A stretch of DNA of 54,587 nt from Patescibacteria group bacterium (GTDB lineage Bacteria > Patescibacteriota > Minisyncoccia > UBA10092), in the NCBI GenBank assembly GCA_018826255.1, contig JAHJZO010000029.1:1-54587 (forward strand), given 5' to 3'. Below, in pieces: positions 19,642-28,323 of this stretch (the stretch's first letter is position 1; each line of letters opens with the position of its first letter). The notes below the pieces were generated by a model. It was not told where the DNA came from. It worked only from the letters and a program-made list of their open reading frames with translations, and searched no databases. The position numbers were made by a program, and so were the translations under genes.

Positions 19642-21297
19642 TCATTTGGGACCGACGGTAAAAACATATAGGCCTTGAATGTCCATGATAGGAGAGACGT
19701 TTTTCATATTTTTTGCCAATAGTTCTTGCCGTATTTTTTCAACGTCAGATTTATTTTCGGCAATTAAGAAAGAATAAAATGGATACTCGGAACGATTTCT
19801 AAACCACCAAAAATCCACCAGCAAGTCATGGCTATTCGCAAAATCAATTTTTATCATTCCAAGATAATATTCAAAGTTAAATGTCGGAAACTGCGATTGC
19901 CAGATCCGATTTTTAGGAATAATTCTAAAAGCCATTTTTTCTTGGTTCGGAAAAAAAGTTTGAATTGCTTTGCTGAATTCAATTACTTCTTTTGGTGGAA
20001 CATTATTTGGCCATTCTTTCACATAACTCCAAGTATTAGAAAACTGATATGTCCACAACGCCATGATGATTAAAATCAGGAACCCGAATAAAAATCTTTC
20101 TTTTTGTCCCAGTGATTTCTTTTGCTGAAAAATTTCCAAAACAACAATAGTTGAAGTCCCGATGAGCAACCCCCAAAACGCGGCGGTTAAAACGCCCTGA
20201 TAAGGCCAGCCTCCGGTAGCATTGACAAAAAATGGCTGGATAATGGCGGCAACCGCCAAAATGACAATGATTTTGAAAAAATAATGATTTAAATTTAATT
20301 TTGTTCTCAATTTCCATAAAATTCCGATAATTAAAACAGCACTTCCCAATGTGGTGATTGTTTTTTTGAAAAAATAAAAAGTTTTTACGCTTGTCATCGT
20401 AACAAAAGGTCCCGTTAAACCAACGATAAAATTTTTAACGCCCCTGAATGTTCTCTCAGTATAAATATAACAAAAATCGCTTATCATATTATGCCAGCCC
20501 AAATACCATGTATTTTGGATAATTTGCAACATGAATCCTAAAATTGGCGCCGAAGCGAAAATCAGCCACTTTTTCCAAAGGAATTTTTTTAAAACAAAAA
20601 TATCAAATAAAATAAGATAGGCAAATATATAAAAAGTAGCGTCGTAGGAAGAAAGAGACAATATCAAATAGGCGAACCAGATGTATAGATTATACTTTTT
20701 GTATTTTTCAGGAATATTAAAATTTTGCCAAGCTTGAACGCTTAAATAAAGAATTAAAAAAATAAATAAAATAGTCCATGACTGGAAAGCGGAATCAGCA
20801 TAATTTAAAAAAGTAACTGAAAAACCATAATAAAAAACCGCAATGGTAGCCGTTGCCTTGTTTGAAACCGATTTGATAAACCAATAAAAAAATCCTAAAG
20901 CCAAAAGAGAAAGGAAAATAGAGAAAAATCTAAATAGAAATCTTTCTGTAATTCCGATTTTAGTAAGAATTGCATAGGGAGCAAGGAAAAATGGGGGATA
21001 ATGTGTGTAATGAATAGGGCCGCGAGTTAAAGAACCATCCATTGTGTCAATCGGGCGATTCCTGAATTCCGGTTCGTCCAAATAATGAATAAGTTTACTG
21101 TAAGGTTGCGGTATAAATAAAAAATAATTTTTGGCAAGCCCATCTTTTGCCCAATATTGGCTGGACATTAAAATTTGAGCCGAACCAAAGCCCCAACCAT
21201 CCCAACCGTTTTCATCCATTGCTTTAATACTCAAATAAGAACCCAAAATCAAAATAATTATTAAAATCGGCAGATATTTTTTCACAAAATCAATCAT
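19642..21297 (-). CDS. large polytopic membrane protein of unknown family (candidate GT-C transferase/polymerase)
   Basis: 551 aa, more than 10 hydrophobic spans, long first loop with acidic/aromatic residues (DENGWDGWGF). No family motif recognised by eye. Confidence 0.35.
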   Translation of the reverse strand: MIDFVKKYLPILIIILILGSYLSIKAMDENGWDGWGFGSAQILMSSQYWAKDGLAKNYFLFIPQPYSKLIHYLDEPEFRNRPIDTMDGSLTRGPIHYTHYPPFFLAPYAILTKIGITERFLFRFFSIFLSLLALGFFYWFIKSVSNKATATIAVFYYGFSVTFLNYADSAFQSWTILFIFLILYLSVQAWQNFNIPEKYKKYNLYIWFAYLILSLSSYDATFYIFAYLILFDIFVLKKFLWKKWLIFASAPILGFMLQIIQNTWYLGWHNMISDFCYIYTERTFRGVKNFIVGLTGPFVTMTSVKTFYFFKKTITTLGSAVLIIGILWKLRTKLNLNHYFFKIIVILAVAAIIQPFFVNATGGWPYQGVLTAAFWGLLIGTSTIVVLEIFQQKKSLGQKERFLFGFLILIIMALWTYQFSNTWSYVKEWPNNVPPKEVIEFSKAIQTFFPNQEKMAFRIIPKNRIWQSQFPTFNFEYYLGMIKIDFANSHDLLVDFWWFRNRSEYPFYSFLIAENKSDVEKIRQELLAKNMKNVSPIMDIQGLYVFTVGPK

Positions 21298-21315
21298 TTC
21301 CGAATTTTAATCGTT

Positions 21316-21344
21316 TTGACAATCTAAGTCAAAAGTCATATAGT
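21316..21344 (+). promoter_or_regulatory. sigma70-like promoter for the B12-radical SAM gene
   Basis: TTGACA (21316-21321), 17 nt, TATAGT (21339-21344). GGAGGTG RBS precedes ATG 21390. Confidence 0.55.
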
Positions 21345-21389
21345 TGTCTTCAATGTTCGTTCCCAATTAAATAAAACGGAGGTGAGAAA

Positions 21390-22979
21390 ATGTATCCGAA
21401 ACTTGATGAAAAAAAAGTTTGTTTTGTAACGCCGCCGTCGGCTTTTTCGGCCTATACCGGGACGGCTATTAATGCCGCGACACAGATTTATCCCTATTTG
21501 TCTTATCAGTATCTTTCGGCTTGGCTCAAAGAAAAAATTAAAATGGGGCTTAAGACAAGAGTTCTTGATATGGGGATTGCACCCGATCCATGGCCACTTT
21601 TGGGGCGCTTTCTGTTAAGGGAAAAGCCGAAATATTTAGGGCTGTCTTTCACAACGCCATTGTTTTATGAAGCCAAATTGATAGGCCTGATAGCTAAAGA
21701 TCTTCTTGGGCCGGAACTCGTTTTGATTCATGGTAATGTCCACGCATCAACACTATATGAAGAAAGTTTAACGGAAACAATGTGCGATGTTATTGTGAAG
21801 GGCGAAGGCGAGGTTACTTTCGGAGAAATTTGCCAGGGAAAGCCATTTAACGAAATTTTGGGCGTAATTTATCGCGCTGACGATTGGCGGAAACAACTCA
21901 TTTCTGCCGAGGAAATTATCAGCCGCCGAGTAAAAGGCGAGTCCTGTTATGATATCGCCAAAAATGCGGTTTTTTCGGAAGAGCCCGATATAAGAAGTAC
22001 CATATATTGGGGATCGCGTCCGTACATAGGAAGTTCAAAAAATAACAGCTTAGACGATTTGCCGTTTCCCGACATGGAACTTTACGATATTTATCGTTAT
22101 AAAAATCCGGATATCATTGCTCACGGTTATCCGATGCAGCAGGTTGAAACCAGCCGCGGCTGTCCCTTTACCTGCAATTTTTGCAGTTCTGAAGACACAT
22201 ACAGAGCAATGAGCCCGGATTATGTCATTGAGCTTTACAAATATCTCATAAAATGCGGGGTAAAAGAATTTCGCCTTATTGATGACCAGTTTCTTATTAA
22301 TATAAATAGAGGAAAGGTTATTGCGCAAAAAATGCTGGAAAATAATATAACCATTTCCTGGAATATGGCCAATGGCGTCAGGGCTGACCGAGTTGACAGG
22401 GAATTTCTGGAACTTGCCGCCAGATCGGGATGTTATCAAGTTGGAGGCGGTTATGAATCGGGAGACCAGGAGTCGCTGGATTCAATCCAGAAAAATCTTG
22501 ATATTGAAAAAAGCATTGAATGCATGAAAATGATTAAAGAATTAGATATTGAAACAGTGGGCTTTTTTATGTTTGGAACCCCAGGTGATACCGAAAGGTC
22601 GATGCAGAAAACCATTGATTTTGCCAAAAAACTGATGCCTGATTTTGCCAAAGTTACCGTTTGCATCCCGTTTCCGGATACCCGCCTTTATGCTGATTAT
22701 GAAAAGCGAGGGTTAATATTAAGTAAAAAATGGGATGATTATAACATTCATAAAGCGGCGAGATTATTCAAACACCCGAACGGTTTAACGCCGGAAATTC
22801 TGGAAAAATTTTATTGGAAATTTTATCGGGAGTTTTATCTGAATCCGAGATATCTTTGGTGGAAGGGCCGTAAAAGTTTGAGGGATGGAACTTTTTTCAG
22901 AAACGCGAATCTGGCAAAAAAACTTTTCTTTGCCAAAATAATACCCGATAGCCCGTTGAATTGGGCGTTAAAAAAATAG
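21390..22979 (+). CDS. class B (cobalamin-binding domain) radical SAM enzyme
   Basis: N-terminal B12-binding-like domain, then RGCPFTCNFCSS (CxxxCxxC). Appears monocistronic, sitting between its own promoter and terminator. Confidence 0.75.
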   Translation: MYPKLDEKKVCFVTPPSAFSAYTGTAINAATQIYPYLSYQYLSAWLKEKIKMGLKTRVLDMGIAPDPWPLLGRFLLREKPKYLGLSFTTPLFYEAKLIGLIAKDLLGPELVLIHGNVHASTLYEESLTETMCDVIVKGEGEVTFGEICQGKPFNEILGVIYRADDWRKQLISAEEIISRRVKGESCYDIAKNAVFSEEPDIRSTIYWGSRPYIGSSKNNSLDDLPFPDMELYDIYRYKNPDIIAHGYPMQQVETSRGCPFTCNFCSSEDTYRAMSPDYVIELYKYLIKCGVKEFRLIDDQFLININRGKVIAQKMLENNITISWNMANGVRADRVDREFLELAARSGCYQVGGGYESGDQESLDSIQKNLDIEKSIECMKMIKELDIETVGFFMFGTPGDTERSMQKTIDFAKKLMPDFAKVTVCIPFPDTRLYADYEKRGLILSKKWDDYNIHKAARLFKHPNGLTPEILEKFYWKFYREFYLNPRYLWWKGRKSLRDGTFFRNANLAKKLFFAKIIPDSPLNWALKK

Positions 22980-22981
22980 AA

Positions 22982-23006
22982 AAATGCCCGCATTACGCGG
23001 GCATTT
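22982..23006. terminator. bidirectional hairpin terminator between convergent genes
   Basis: AAATGCCCGC-ATTAC-GCGGGCATTT. Confidence 0.7.
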
Positions 23007-23706
23007 AAATTATTCTGGCTAAATTAATTATGGTTTTTCCGATGAGAAAAACATTTTTCCAATTGATAACATTTGATTTTCCGTATACTCTTTCTTGATT
23101 ACAGAAGGGGACCTCCACATATGAAATTTTTTTCTTAACCAATTGAATCAGTATCTCTGCCATATAAGCGGGGCTGTCGGTGGTCATTGAAACCGTTTTC
23201 AATATATCGCGTTTAAAAAAACATGGGCCGTTAAAATATTTCAGATGTAAGCCGAAAAGAGCATTAAATGTCATAGTATAACTTCGTGACAACATTGAAC
23301 GAAAAAACGTGCGCTGTTGAGGATTGGCGACATAAGGAATGATGACATCGGTTTTCCCGATTTGTTCAAAAATTTTTTGTATACTTTCCAAAATTATCTG
23401 GTTATCTCCCGGAAACCAGCCGACATAATCTTTAACGGCGGCGCGGATTCCCGTCCTGATATTGTACCCCAATCCTTTTGGCTTGGGGTTGGACATCACT
23501 TTAATGCATCTGTTGTTGAGTGACAGTTCGGCGGCAACTTTTTCCGTTTCATCCGTTGAGCCGTCATTTATAATAATTATTTCATAATCGGAAAGTTCTT
23601 GATTTTCCAAAGCCAATAAAACATTTTGAATCGTTTTTTCAATGTTACCGGCTTCGTTTAAAGCGGGGATAATTATTGACACGGAATTATTCATGTCTTT
23701 AATCAT
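23005..23706 (-). CDS. GT2 polyprenol-phosphate glycosyltransferase-like (paralog of 32614..33333)
   Basis: VSIIIPALNEAGNIEKT, IIIINDGSTDET. Colinear similarity with the 32614 GT2. Confidence 0.75.
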   Translation of the reverse strand: MIKDMNNSVSIIIPALNEAGNIEKTIQNVLLALENQELSDYEIIIINDGSTDETEKVAAELSLNNRCIKVMSNPKPKGLGYNIRTGIRAAVKDYVGWFPGDNQIILESIQKIFEQIGKTDVIIPYVANPQQRTFFRSMLSRSYTMTFNALFGLHLKYFNGPCFFKRDILKTVSMTTDSPAYMAEILIQLVKKKISYVEVPFCNQERVYGKSNVINWKNVFLIGKTIINLARII

Positions 23707-23746
23707 AAATCAATTCCTTTCTTTGTAAAGATACAAGCCGTTTTTC

Positions 23747-23775
23747 TTGACATCCGCGGTTTTATTTGTTATTAC
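23747..23775 (+). promoter_or_regulatory. candidate promoter for the 23820..26583 operon
   Basis: TTGACA (23747-23752), 17 nt, TATTAC (23770-23775). Confidence 0.4.
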
Positions 23776-23819
23776 AAGTCCATTCAGATCTTTGAAAATT
23801 TAACATAGGGAGGGAAGAT

Positions 23820-24839
23820 ATGCAAACTTTAGTTACCGGTGGAAAGGGTTTTATCGGCAGTCATTTGATTGAAAGATTATTGAACGATGGTCACGAGGTT
23901 GTATGTCTGGATTTGGAAGAAGCGTCCAATCGAAATATTGAATGCTTTCTCCATAATGAAGGTTTCGTTCTAGTCAATAGGAATATTGTTTCTCCTTTTT
24001 CTGTTAGAAATATTAAAGACATTTTACGCGATTACGAAATTGATATAGTTTTCCATTTGGCGGGTCTTGCGGACATTGTTCCGTCAATACAAAATCCTAC
24101 GGAATATTTCGCGACCAATGTCATAGGGACGCTCAATATACTTGAAGCGGCTCGCGAATATGGAAAACTCCAAAAATTTATCTATACTTCTTCATCGTCT
24201 ATTTACGGAATTCCTGAATTTTTTGAAATTCCAACTTCCGAAGAAATTCCGATCAAACCGCAATATCCCTACGCCGAAACAAAATATCAGGGGGAAAGAT
24301 GGGTAAGTCATTATGGCCAAATTTACAAATTGCCCACGATTTCTTTGCGTCTGTTTAATGTCTATGGACCGCGGTCGCGGACAACCGGGACTTACGGCGC
24401 GGTATTCGGGACATTTTTGGCGCAGAAAATAAACGGCAAACCATTCACAGTTGTCGGCGACGGGAGGCAATCAAGGGATTTCACTTTCGTCACGGATGTT
24501 TGCGACGCTTTTGTAAGAGCGGCGGAATCCAAGATATCAGGAGAAGTATTTAATGTCGGCTCCGGAAAACCGCAAACAATTCTGCGATTGGTTGAACTTT
24601 TGGGAGGCGATATTATTCACATCCCCAAAAGGCCGGGCGAACCGGATAAAACTTGCGCCGATATATTGAAGATTAAAAACACGCTCGGTTGGACGCCGAA
24701 AGTTTCGTTTGAGGAAGGCGTGAAAATTATGCTGGATAATATTGATTACTGGAGAAACGCGCCCGTATGGACGCCCAATTCAATCTGGGAAGCGACCAAA
24801 GATTGGTTTGAATTTTTGGGCGGCAAGGAGGGAAAATGA
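23820..24839 (+). CDS. extended-SDR NAD-dependent nucleotide-sugar epimerase/dehydratase
   Basis: VTGGKGFIGSHL Rossmann motif, YAETK catalytic Tyr/Lys. GGGAGGG RBS. Confidence 0.8.
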   Translation: MQTLVTGGKGFIGSHLIERLLNDGHEVVCLDLEEASNRNIECFLHNEGFVLVNRNIVSPFSVRNIKDILRDYEIDIVFHLAGLADIVPSIQNPTEYFATNVIGTLNILEAAREYGKLQKFIYTSSSSIYGIPEFFEIPTSEEIPIKPQYPYAETKYQGERWVSHYGQIYKLPTISLRLFNVYGPRSRTTGTYGAVFGTFLAQKINGKPFTVVGDGRQSRDFTFVTDVCDAFVRAAESKISGEVFNVGSGKPQTILRLVELLGGDIIHIPKRPGEPDKTCADILKIKNTLGWTPKVSFEEGVKIMLDNIDYWRNAPVWTPNSIWEATKDWFEFLGGKEGK

Positions 24840-25474
24840 CAACACTGGCGAAAAAGACTTATCAGGAATTGAGAAATCTCGGCGTTGATAAAGCGGATGA
24901 TTATTTCAGCGCGCTGACCGGTATCTTGAAAAAAGTGCGCGTAACTTCATGCGCGCTCGAAACGGGAAACGCGCTGGAAATAAATTATGCCATTAATATA
25001 GTCGCCAATTGCTTGCGCGGCGCCCTTTTGGACAAGAAAAAATTTATTGCTGTTGGCAATGGTGGTTCGGCGGCAATCGCAATGCACGCGCTTGTCGATT
25101 ACGCCAACGCCGGCGGTTTGCAAACAATGGATTTAATGAATCCGGCATTAGTTACCTGCATGGCAAATGATTATGGGTATGAAAAGGTTTTTGCCAAAAA
25201 CATAGAAATGCATGTTGAAGAAAGCGATGTTTTGTTTGCCATCTCAAGTTCGGGCCAATCGCCTAATATTCTTTCAGCTTGCGACGCGGCAGACATAGGG
25301 TGCAAAATAATTACCTTTTCCGGCTTCAGCCCGGAAAATCCTTTGAGGAAATTAGGAAGTATAAATTTTTACGTTCCTTCTAGCCATTATGGGTTTGTGG
25401 AACTGGCCCATCAGATACTTATCCATTGTATTTTGGATTTTTACCTAAAAAAACTGATCAAAGAAAGAGGTTGA
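24836..25474 (+). CDS. gmhA: SIS-domain sedoheptulose-7-phosphate isomerase-like (GmhA-like)
   Basis: VGNGGSAAIAMH and AISSSGQSPNIL align with the GmhA pattern CGNGGS...STSGNS. About 210 aa. Confidence 0.65.
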   Translation: MTTLAKKTYQELRNLGVDKADDYFSALTGILKKVRVTSCALETGNALEINYAINIVANCLRGALLDKKKFIAVGNGGSAAIAMHALVDYANAGGLQTMDLMNPALVTCMANDYGYEKVFAKNIEMHVEESDVLFAISSSGQSPNILSACDAADIGCKIITFSGFSPENPLRKLGSINFYVPSSHYGFVELAHQILIHCILDFYLKKLIKERG

Positions 25475-25479
25475 TTCTC

Positions 25480-26583
25480 ATGAATAGAATGATTTTAGAC
25501 GGCCATAAACTATTGTGGCACAGAGAAAGGGTTGAAGCGTGGCATGGGGGCGAGAGAATAGCGCCGATTACCATTGATTGCGCCTTAACGAGAAGATGCA
25601 CTTATCGATGCGCCTATTGTTATGGTCAGTTGCAGGCAAATGATGAAAGGAAAATGACCAAAGATATTATTTTTCGTTTTCTTGATGACGCGGCCGAAAT
25701 TAGCGTTAAAGCAATTAGTTTTGTCAGTGACGGAGAGAGTACATGTTCTCCCCACCTATATGACGCTATTTTGCGCGGTAAGAAAAATGGTCTTGATATA
25801 GCGTTGGGAACTAACGGCTATTTGCTGAAAGAGGAAAATTTAGAGGAGATTCTTGCTTGCCTTACTTATCTCCGTTTCAATATCTCTGCCGCGGAACCAT
25901 CTAGTTACGCGAGAATAATGGGGTGCAAGGAAGAATGTTTTTTGGTGGTCCGCGATAATGTCAAAAAATGCGTAGAAATTAAAAAGAAAAATAATCTTGA
26001 CGTTACTATTGGCTTGCAAATGGTTCTTTTACCTAGTTTTAAGGACCAAATAATTCCTTTGGCGGAACTTGGTAAGGAGTTGGGCGTAGATTACTTTGTC
26101 ATCAAACATTGTAGTGATGACGAGAGTCATACCCTTGGGATTGATTATTCAAAATATTTTGGGTTGACCGGATTGTTGGAAGAGGCAGAGTCATATTCGG
26201 AAAGCGATTATCTGGTGAAAGCTAAATGGTCCAAAATTTTAAGCAGGGGCGAGAGAAAATATTCTCAATGTTATGGACCGGCTTTCATCATGCAGTTTTC
26301 CGGTTCCGGCCTGGTCGCTCCTTGCGGCATGCTGTTTAACAGAAAATATAAAAAATATCACATAGGAAATATCGCGAATGTTTCTTTTAAGAAAATATGG
26401 CAAAGTGAAAGATACTGGGAAGTGATTAATTTGATTGGCTCGGAAAAATTTGATGCCAGAACAATGTGCGGGTCGCTATGCCTTCAGCACAAGGCAAATG
26501 AATTTCTGTGGGATTTGAAAAACGGAAAAGCAGTGTTAAGAGATACACATGGGGAACTACCCATGCATATAAACTTTGTTTAA
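25480..26583 (+). CDS. radical SAM enzyme with Cys-containing C-terminal region
   Basis: CTYRCAYC cluster motif. Additional C-terminal cysteines (QCYGP...APCG...MCGSLC). ATG 25480 follows AGAAAGAGG. Confidence 0.75.
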   Translation: MNRMILDGHKLLWHRERVEAWHGGERIAPITIDCALTRRCTYRCAYCYGQLQANDERKMTKDIIFRFLDDAAEISVKAISFVSDGESTCSPHLYDAILRGKKNGLDIALGTNGYLLKEENLEEILACLTYLRFNISAAEPSSYARIMGCKEECFLVVRDNVKKCVEIKKKNNLDVTIGLQMVLLPSFKDQIIPLAELGKELGVDYFVIKHCSDDESHTLGIDYSKYFGLTGLLEEAESYSESDYLVKAKWSKILSRGERKYSQCYGPAFIMQFSGSGLVAPCGMLFNRKYKKYHIGNIANVSFKKIWQSERYWEVINLIGSEKFDARTMCGSLCLQHKANEFLWDLKNGKAVLRDTHGELPMHINFV

Positions 26584-26604
26584 CGGGCGCTTGACGCCCG
26601 TTTT
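26582..26604 (+). terminator. rho-independent terminator
   Basis: AACGGGCG-CTTGA-CGCCCGTT followed by TT. Confidence 0.7.
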
Positions 26605-26677
26605 AATTTGTTGTATGTTTCGGGCATAAAATTTTTTGGCACTTTTAAAAAATAATAACGAAGGAGGAGATACCATA

Positions 26678-28231
26678 ATGGCCCTGAATCGCAAGATAAA
26701 GACATTGGAAGAATTTATTGTTGAATTGAAAAAGTTGAGAAATTCCGGTAAAAAAATCATACACTGCCACGGAGTATTTGACTTGGTGCATATCGGCCAC
26801 ATCCGCCATTTTTCCATCGCCAAGGCCTTGGGGGATATTTTAGTGGTTACAATCACTCCGGACCAATACGTGAACAAGGGCCCAGGCAGGCCGGTATTTA
26901 CGGAGGCTCTCCGCGCCGAATATATTGCGGCGCTTGAGCCGGTTGATTACGTAATAATCAACAATTGGCCGACGGCGGTTGAAATAATAAAGGCGATTAA
27001 ACCGGATGTTTATGTTAAAGGCCAAGATTACGCGGACTCTGAAAAAGACGAGACCGGAGGGATACACTGTGAAAGAGAAGCGGTTGAATCGGCGGGCGGG
27101 AAGATCCACTTTACCGGCGATATTACTTTTAGTTCCAGCTCGCTTCTTAACGAATATTTTGATATTTATCCCAGAGAAGCCCAGGATTTTTTAGCCGGTT
27201 TTCGGAAAAAATATTCAGCCGAAAAAGTCATTGAAATGCTGAAAAGTTTGAAATCAATGAAAGTTTTGATTATTGGTGAAACGATTCTGGATAAATATCT
27301 TTTTATGGCTCCGATGATGGGCAGGCCGCTAAAGGGGAATCACATTGCCGCCAGAACTATTGGGGAAGAAACCCACGCCGGAGGTATTCTGGCCTGCGCC
27401 AATCACTTGGCGAATTTTTGCGGCAATGTTGATTTGATAACAGCCATTGGTAATAACGGAAATGAAGAATTCGTCAGGGCGCATCTCAAATCAAATATAA
27501 ATCTCCAGTTATTTTATCATGATGTCGCGCCGACAATTGTTAAAAGGCGATTCATAGAAACTTCTTTCAGGTCCAAATTATTCGAAGAATATATTCTTGA
27601 CGACAGGCCGTCGCCGGAGCTAGATGAGAAAATAATGAGCTATCTGCGCGGCATTCCAAGAGACCTCGTTTATGATTTGATTCTTGTTTTGGATTACGGC
27701 CACGGGCTGATCACTCCACGGCAAATAGATTTTCTCTGCAACCAGAGATTTGATTTTTTGGCGGTAAATGCTCAAACAAACACCGCCAATATGGGATTTA
27801 ATTTGATAACAAAATATCCCAGAGCCAACTATTTTTGCCTGGATGATATAGAACTGAGATTGGCTTTTCACGACAATTACAGTGAATCGGCGAAAATTAT
27901 AACGCGTTTAGCGGATAGGGCTTCAAGCTCCAGAGCTTATATGTCCAGGGCCGTCGCGGTTACATTGGGGCATTTAGGGTCAATGGTCTATGACGCGAAA
28001 AAAAATGAACTCTGCAAGGCGCCGGTGTTGTCCCAGAAAATCGTTGATACCACCGGAGCCGGAGATGCGTTTTTCGCGTTAACCGCTCCCTGCGTCGCCA
28101 AGGGATTTTCCATGGATTTAGTGGCTTTTATAGGCAACGCGGCTGGAGCTTTGGCCGTTGGCTATTTAGGCAACCAGAAATCAATTGAAGCGACTCCGTT
28201 TTTCAAATTCATAACGGCTTTGCTTAAATAA
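26678..28231 (+). CDS. bifunctional nucleotidyltransferase (N-terminal) / PfkB sugar kinase (C-terminal); HldE/RfaE-like with reversed domain order
   Basis: N-terminal HGVFDLVHIGHIRHF (HxGH cytidylyl/adenylyltransferase motif). C-terminal KVLIIGETILDKY and DTTGAGDAF (PfkB). GGAGGAG RBS. Confidence 0.7.
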   Translation: MALNRKIKTLEEFIVELKKLRNSGKKIIHCHGVFDLVHIGHIRHFSIAKALGDILVVTITPDQYVNKGPGRPVFTEALRAEYIAALEPVDYVIINNWPTAVEIIKAIKPDVYVKGQDYADSEKDETGGIHCEREAVESAGGKIHFTGDITFSSSSLLNEYFDIYPREAQDFLAGFRKKYSAEKVIEMLKSLKSMKVLIIGETILDKYLFMAPMMGRPLKGNHIAARTIGEETHAGGILACANHLANFCGNVDLITAIGNNGNEEFVRAHLKSNINLQLFYHDVAPTIVKRRFIETSFRSKLFEEYILDDRPSPELDEKIMSYLRGIPRDLVYDLILVLDYGHGLITPRQIDFLCNQRFDFLAVNAQTNTANMGFNLITKYPRANYFCLDDIELRLAFHDNYSESAKIITRLADRASSSRAYMSRAVAVTLGHLGSMVYDAKKNELCKAPVLSQKIVDTTGAGDAFFALTAPCVAKGFSMDLVAFIGNAAGALAVGYLGNQKSIEATPFFKFITALLK

Positions 28232-28236
28232 GAAAC

Positions 28237-28260
28237 AACCCCGCAAGCTTGCGGGGTTTT
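28237..28260 (+). terminator. rho-independent terminator (CCCCGCAAGCTTGCGGGG type)
   Basis: Perfect 18-nt palindrome at 28239-28256 followed by TTTT. Confidence 0.8.
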
Positions 28261-28323
28261 AAGTTTTGTAGTATAGTAACCGCCGATCTAGAGGTCTTTA
28301 AAAACTTAATTATGGAGGTGAAA

